Shown: piece by piece, positions 59,290 to 64,000 of the stretch | Layout of the letters: each line of letters starts with the position of its first letter | How positions within the stretch are numbered: position 1 is the first letter of the stretch | Source of the DNA: Bacteroidota bacterium | GTDB taxonomy: Bacteria; Bacteroidota; Bacteroidia; Chitinophagales; Chitinophagaceae | Assembly: GCA_018268055.1 (NCBI GenBank) | Contig: JAFDXF010000019.1 | Location: forward strand, 8,580 to 72,579 | Length of the DNA: 64,000 nt | Direction: 5' to 3' | Program-made: the position numbers and the translations under genes | The notes under the pieces: generated by a model | What the model was told of the DNA's origin: nothing | Database searches by the model: none | The model's input: only the letters and a program-made list of their open reading frames with translations

Positions 59290-59730
59290 ATGGAAATATT
59301 TAGCTATCCTGTATTTATTCGCTGGGCAGATATAGATGCAAACAATCATCTCCGTCATTCTGTATATTACGATTGGGGTGCTACTTGTCGTATGGAATTT
59401 TTATTTATGCATGGAGTGACGATGCAATTGATGGAGCAAATTAAGTTGGGACCTATTTTATTTAGAGAAGAATGTGTTTTTCGCAGAGAATTAAAATATG
59501 GCGATACTCCGGAGGTTTCATTGGAAATAATAGCAGCCAAAAAGAATTATTCTAGATGGAGTATAAGACATAATGTATGGAAAGATAAAGAAACAGTTTC
59601 AGCGATTATAACTGTAGAGGGCGCATGGTTAGATACGATAAAAAGAAAACTTGCCGTTCCTCCGGAAGATGTAGCAAAAGGTTTTGCTTTGATGCCAAAA
59701 AGTAAAGACTTTATTTGGTTAGATAAATAA
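59290..59730 (+). CDS. Acyl-CoA thioesterase (4HBT/hot-dog fold)
   Basis: IRWADIDANNHLRHSVYYD and GPILFREEC.FRRE motifs. Confidence 0.85.
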   Translation: MEIFSYPVFIRWADIDANNHLRHSVYYDWGATCRMEFLFMHGVTMQLMEQIKLGPILFREECVFRRELKYGDTPEVSLEIIAAKKNYSRWSIRHNVWKDKETVSAIITVEGAWLDTIKRKLAVPPEDVAKGFALMPKSKDFIWLDK

Positions 59731-59759
59731 TTAATGGAATCATTAAATTTCTATAGCAC

Positions 59760-60710
59760 TTGAACGATGAAAAACTGATAATGTTTAAAAACAGGCTTGC
59801 AAAAGTGTATAAGCATCTGAGCAAGCAAGCAAAAAGAATGGGTGTTACATGTTATCGTATCTACGATCATGATTTGCCAGAATTTCCGTTTTGCATTGAA
59901 GTTTATCAAGATAAAGTATATGTGGCAGAATACCATCGCCGTCACAGGATGGAAGAAGACATACATCAAAATTGGCTGATAAAATGTGTAGCAGTGATTT
60001 CAGAAATTTTGCAAACAGGCAATGAAAATATCTTTTTAAAAACACGACAACGAAAACAAGGAAGGCAAGGGCAATATCAAAAAGTTGATTCGGCGAAAGA
60101 AGAGTTTGAAGTAATTGAAAATGGGTTGAAATTTTTTGTAAACCTTACTGATTATTTAGATACAGGTTTGTTTTTAGACCATCGTACTACTCGCCAGATG
60201 GTGCGTGAACAGTGTAATGAGAAAAAAGTGTTGAATCTTTTTGCTTACACCGGTTCTTTTTCAGTTTATGCTGCCTCAGGCAATGCAGCAGCAGTAACGA
60301 CCGTCGATTTATCCAATACCTATCTTGCCTGGGCAGAAAGAAATATGAAACTAAATGGATTTACAGATGAAACAAAATTCAAATTGGTGCGTGCCGATGT
60401 AAAACAATATTTAAAAACCATTCCCTCGGCATCTTTTGACTTGATAGTAATGGATCCGCCAACTTTTAGTAACAGCCAAAGGATGGAGGATATTTTAGAC
60501 ATACAACGAGATCATCCTGGGCTGATCAATGATTGTTTACGGGCATTAAGTGCAGAAGGAAAATTATATTTCAGTACTAATTTTACCAAATTTGTTTTGA
60601 ACAAGGAATTAATAAAATCTTCAGAAATAAAAGACATAACCAAAGTAACAACACCGTTTGACTTTGTAGGCAGACTTAATAGATGGTGTTATTTGATTAA
60701 GAATAATTAA
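59760..60710 (+). CDS. Stand-alone RlmK/RlmI-like SAM-dependent rRNA methyltransferase
   Basis: CYRIYDHDLPE, DYLDTGLFLDHR, VLNLFAYTGSFS, VDLSNTYL and DPPTFSNS, matching the C-terminal (RlmK) half of RlmKL. Confidence 0.88.
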   Translation: MNDEKLIMFKNRLAKVYKHLSKQAKRMGVTCYRIYDHDLPEFPFCIEVYQDKVYVAEYHRRHRMEEDIHQNWLIKCVAVISEILQTGNENIFLKTRQRKQGRQGQYQKVDSAKEEFEVIENGLKFFVNLTDYLDTGLFLDHRTTRQMVREQCNEKKVLNLFAYTGSFSVYAASGNAAAVTTVDLSNTYLAWAERNMKLNGFTDETKFKLVRADVKQYLKTIPSASFDLIVMDPPTFSNSQRMEDILDIQRDHPGLINDCLRALSAEGKLYFSTNFTKFVLNKELIKSSEIKDITKVTTPFDFVGRLNRWCYLIKNN

Positions 60711-60725
60711 ATTCTTCAGTTTCTT

Positions 60726-61136
60726 TTAAGGCTTGTTTTTTTGAGCATCTAAAACATGCCCTTTTATAAATAATACATTTAATGCTGGGTCTGTATTTGT
60801 TTCAACAATTGTTGTCTTTAATATTTCGCCATCATCATTTTTGCTGTTATATTGTATGTGTATCGTATCCTTACTGCCAATAGCAATCGTGTCTCTATGA
60901 AAAAAAACTTTTGTACATCCACAACTTGCCTCCATATTTTTGATTATTAATGGCAACTTGCTAATGTTTTGAAATGGGAATGATGCAATAATCGAATCGC
61001 CTTTTTGTATTGAATTAAAATAAAAAGTGTCTTTCTCGAATTTTATTTTTGACAGTGGTTCACTATGTGGGATTTTATTGCCTATGTTTTTACAAGAAGA
61101 TATAAATAACACTAAAAAAAATATATTATTTTTCAC
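60726..61136 (-). CDS. DUF1573-domain lipoprotein
   Basis: Lipobox ISSC; F.FQNISKLPLII..MEASCGCT motif. Confidence 0.85.
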   Translation of the reverse strand: MKNNIFFLVLFISSCKNIGNKIPHSEPLSKIKFEKDTFYFNSIQKGDSIIASFPFQNISKLPLIIKNMEASCGCTKVFFHRDTIAIGSKDTIHIQYNSKNDDGEILKTTIVETNTDPALNVLFIKGHVLDAQKNKP

Positions 61137-62007
61137 GTTTCAATTCATTTATTTTAGCAATAGTTTCTTTTTTATAAATAGATGCTATTGACACGCCAAA
61201 ACCAAGCAATGAAGATGCTATTTTCCAATTCTTGTCTATTATAAATTCTGTGGGATATGCCTCTATGGACATTTCTTGTGCATTTTTTCCATAAGCGTCG
61301 TACGCAAAGGTGATATTGTCAGGAAATTTTTTTATTTCCTTTTGAAAATTATTGAACGTATCAGAGCCGGATCCTCTATCAATTGCAAGTATTACTATAG
61401 AAGTGTCGTTTTTATAATATTCAGCAAGATAGCTTAATTCTTTCATCTTGGTTTTGCAAGGGCCGCAACCGATGAACCAATAATCCAACAATACAATTTT
61501 ATTTTTTAAAGTAGAAGAAGAAATTATATTACTGTCTTTGTCAATAAACTGAAACTCTGGCGCAGCATCCCTTTTTTGATAATTTGCGTACAACTTTTGA
61601 TATTGAGCATTAAGTAAAGGTGGATAAACAATGTATGCAAGGCATAAGACGAATGTAATTAACAAAACAGTTAGCCCAAGTTTTAATTTAATATTGAGTG
61701 TGTCAATATAATACCCTAGAAGATAAGCAGGGAAGCCGGCGGCTAATTCCATGAGAAATAAGTGTGGATCATTGAGATGTGTGAATATACCTATTGCCTC
61801 AGTGCCCAATAAGCCAATCAGGAATAATAATCTGTTTGGAATGAATTTTGGCCTTAATTCTCTTATGATATAGCCTACTGCAAATAAACTTATCATAAGA
61901 ACAATTAATTTGTAATGGCTTGGCAAGCCTCTGCTAAACGTCAATAAATATTGAACCGTTAAACCTCCAAATAGATAAATGAGCGCATCTATTATTTTTC
62001 GTTTCAT
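61126..62007 (-). CDS. Membrane-anchored TlpA/ResA-like thioredoxin (about 5 N-terminal TMs plus CxxC domain)
   Basis: APEFQF, KNKIVLLDYWFIGCGPC and YPTEFIIDK motifs. Start moved to ATG 62007. Confidence 0.85.
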   Translation of the reverse strand: MKRKIIDALIYLFGGLTVQYLLTFSRGLPSHYKLIVLMISLFAVGYIIRELRPKFIPNRLLFLIGLLGTEAIGIFTHLNDPHLFLMELAAGFPAYLLGYYIDTLNIKLKLGLTVLLITFVLCLAYIVYPPLLNAQYQKLYANYQKRDAAPEFQFIDKDSNIISSSTLKNKIVLLDYWFIGCGPCKTKMKELSYLAEYYKNDTSIVILAIDRGSGSDTFNNFQKEIKKFPDNITFAYDAYGKNAQEMSIEAYPTEFIIDKNWKIASSLLGFGVSIASIYKKETIAKINELKREK

Positions 62008-62061
62008 TGAATAAATTTTATGTTTTAGTTTGGATTTTTTGGAGCACGAATGCACCATCCT

Positions 62062-62154
62062 TTATATTCTAATGTTAATTGCAGCATTTGTTTTTTCTTT
62101 TTTACACGCCGTATTTAATAGTAAAAACGTTATAATTATATAAGAGAATTTCAT
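62062..62154 (-). pseudogene. 30-aa lipoprotein-signal ORF (MKFSYIIITFLLLNTACKKEKTNAAINIRI*), probable truncated gene remnant
   Basis: Manual translation; h-region plus Cys followed by KKEK; stop TAA is in frame with the downstream thioredoxin ORF. Confidence 0.55.
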
Positions 62155-62270
62155 GATTAATTTTTTTAAGATAATAAAGTATAAGATTGCCCAAATAGTA
62201 GCTCTAAAGAGAATTAATAAAATAAGTTCTTGGCTAAAACTATGGCGGTTGATAATTGATTAAAGTACTC

Positions 62271-62280
62271 GGGGGGGGGG
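62271..62280. repeat. G10 homopolymer tract
   Basis: Ten consecutive G in an AT-rich intergenic region. Confidence 0.9.
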
Positions 62281-62498
62281 CACTTTCTTAATAAGCAAAA
62301 ATTATAGCTTATGTTTTTTGCAAGAAGAGTATGAAAAAAAATGTATGTCATAATATTTTCTCGAATTGCAAAATACTAAAATCAGATATATTCTTTTAAA
62401 ATATTTCAAGGAAAGACTTAGTTTATAAAGCCTAAGGCAATATGTTCTGTGCATTTTATTATTTTCTACTAATTTTGCCCCACATCAAACCCTTTTGA

Positions 62499-63392
62499 AT
62501 GAGTTATCCTAAAGGAAAACTGATAGCCGTAGGCGGCGCAGAAGATAAAGGCACAGACCTGGAGACAGGCGAGATACACAGGAATAATCTAAATTTTTTT
62601 GAACTCGGTATTCTTCGCAGAGTTGTAGAAGAAGCCGGTGGCAATCATGCACATATTGAAGTGATTACTACTGCATCTACTATACCTTTTGAAGTAGGAG
62701 AAAATTATCTGAATGCTTTTGGTAAGATTGGTTGCACCAACGTGAATGTGATGCATATCCGAAATAGGCATGATACGATGGAGCAGGAATATTTAGATAG
62801 AATAAAGACTTGTGATGCTGTCATGTTCAGTGGTGGAAACCAAATGCGACTAAGCGTTACAGATGGTGGCACAGAGTTCCTCTCTATTCTGAAAAAGAGA
62901 TATAGTGAAGAAGATTTTTTAATCGCAGGAACTTCTGCAGGCGCAATGGCAATGAGCCAAACAATGATTTATGAAGGTAATGCTGCACGAGCACATTTGA
63001 AAGGAGAAGTGAAAATGACCAGCGGGCTTGGATTTATAGAATCAGTAATCATTGATTCTCATTTTGAAAAACGAGGGAGATTTGGCAGACTTGCTCAGGC
63101 AATAGCAACGAACCCTTCTTCAATTGGAATTGGTTTAGGAGAAGATACCGGTATGTTGATAACAGAAGGAAATAAAATGGAAGCGATTGGGAGCGGATTG
63201 GTGGTCATCATAGACGGGCATCAAATTATGCATTCCAACATTGCTGATATACCCGAAGGAAATCCAATTAGTGTGGAGAATCTGAAAGTTCATTTTTGTG
63301 AAAAAGGAAATGGATATTTAATCAATGAGCGAAAATTTTTACCACTTGCCAGAGAAGGAGCTGTAATAACGAAGCAAGTTGATGTAGAATAA
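62499..63392 (+). CDS. cphB: Cyanophycinase (S51 family serine peptidase)
   Basis: LIAVGGAEDK, FSGGNQ, AGTSAGA nucleophile, IDSHFEKRGRFGRL and GLGEDT motifs. TAATTTTG promoter element at 62470-62477. Confidence 0.9.
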   Translation: MSYPKGKLIAVGGAEDKGTDLETGEIHRNNLNFFELGILRRVVEEAGGNHAHIEVITTASTIPFEVGENYLNAFGKIGCTNVNVMHIRNRHDTMEQEYLDRIKTCDAVMFSGGNQMRLSVTDGGTEFLSILKKRYSEEDFLIAGTSAGAMAMSQTMIYEGNAARAHLKGEVKMTSGLGFIESVIIDSHFEKRGRFGRLAQAIATNPSSIGIGLGEDTGMLITEGNKMEAIGSGLVVIIDGHQIMHSNIADIPEGNPISVENLKVHFCEKGNGYLINERKFLPLAREGAVITKQVDVE

Positions 63393-63500
63393 AGTTAAGT
63401 TTCAGTTGCAATAATTTTTCACAAAATAGAAAGACAACTGTTGGTTTTGAAGATGCATCTAAAAATAGATTGGTGAACAAAACATCATAAATTATTTAAT

Positions 63501-64000
63501 ATGAAGAAAGTTCTGCTACTGTTTATCCTGATACCTTTCCTATTTAGTTTTGCTCCACAAAAGAAAACACGAGTTATATTTTTTGGCGACTCTATCACAG
63601 AGTTGGGTGTGAAGAGAGATCGATATGTAGGCTACATTCTCAAGATGGATAGTATGCTAAAAGCAGAAAAGAAAGACAACCTATTTGAGTTAATCGGCTC
63701 CGGAATTAGCGGAAATAAAGTGTATGACTTATATCTGAGAATGGAGGAAGATGTATTGGCAAAGAATCCGGATGTTGTTTTTATTTATGTGGGAGTAAAT
63801 GATGTGTGGCACAAAACATTATTGGGTACAGGAACAGACGCTGATAAGTTTGAAAAATTTTATCAAACGATGATCAATAAGTTAGTTGCGAAAAAAATAA
63901 AAGTTGTATTAGTTACACCTGCAGTAGTAGGAGAGAAGTGGAATGGTTCTAACGCTTTAGATGCAGATTTAGATAAATATAGTAATATCATTCGTGACTT
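63501..64000 (+). CDS. SGNH/GDSL hydrolase, secreted, partial (runs off window end)
   Basis: Manual translation MKKVLLLFILIPFLFSFAPQKKTRVIFFGDSITE; blocks GDS, GISGNK and GVND. Not in the ORF track. Confidence 0.88.
   Translation, partial: MKKVLLLFILIPFLFSFAPQKKTRVIFFGDSITELGVKRDRYVGYILKMDSMLKAEKKDNLFELIGSGISGNKVYDLYLRMEEDVLAKNPDVVFIYVGVNDVWHKTLLGTGTDADKFEKFYQTMINKLVAKKIKVVLVTPAVVGEKWNGSNALDADLDKYSNIIRD

Noticed and set aside
3900-62058. Longest-ORF starts in the track (3900, 15139, 32172, 35035, 36426, 39542, 39961, 49061, 56660, 62058)
   Set aside because: These extensions overlap neighbouring genes or promoters and precede the signal peptide or conserved N-terminus; downstream starts were used.
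62062-62064. Programmed read-through of TAA fusing the lipoprotein signal to the TlpA ORF
   Set aside because: UAA is rarely read through, no SECIS/PYLIS-like element is evident, and a lipid anchor before a 5-TM domain is topologically redundant.
649-62771. Numerous 60-190 aa ORFs in the track antisense to or nested in larger genes (e.g. 649-945, 3029-3496, 50649-51224, 51252-51632)
   Set aside because: They shadow well-supported genes on the opposite strand or frame and show no protein motifs; typical antisense artefacts.
1-64000. CRISPR arrays, IS elements, prophage or defence systems
   Set aside because: No regularly spaced direct repeats, and no transposase, integrase, phage or nuclease/defence-type ORFs seen.

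Overview
A 64-kb, AT-rich chromosomal window from a Bacteroidota genome, most likely Chitinophagaceae. This is inferred from the SusC/SusD pair, type IX secretion (T9SS) sorting domains, TAnnTTTG promoter elements, absence of Shine-Dalgarno sites and the protein styles. Most of it is core housekeeping: gap, pgk, gcvP, cmk, clpC, rnz, rpe, phoH, yebC, crcB and tRNA-Glu(TTC). It also carries peptidases, a cluster of amino-acid transporters, a SusC-SusD-lipoprotein trio with no CAZyme, several T9SS-linked genes, an ECF sigma/anti-sigma pair and a small AT-rich accessory cassette near 60.7-62.3 kb. I found no CRISPR array, transposase, integrase or prophage gene. The most interesting signals lie outside the ORF track. 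(1) A ~140-nt three-way-junction RNA candidate at 298-436, next to a second structured leader at ~135-195. (2) A T9SS substrate that is almost only signal peptide plus CTD, apparently co-transcribed with a DUF6089 beta-barrel. (3) A switch-like leader with mutually exclusive pairings upstream of the phoH-lipoprotein-crcB-tauE operon. (4) A PurR/LacI-type palindrome upstream of the CAZyme-free susCD. (5) A truncated lipoprotein ORF in frame with a membrane thioredoxin, with a G10 tract upstream. All product calls come from motif recognition by eye; no database searches or folding programs were run.
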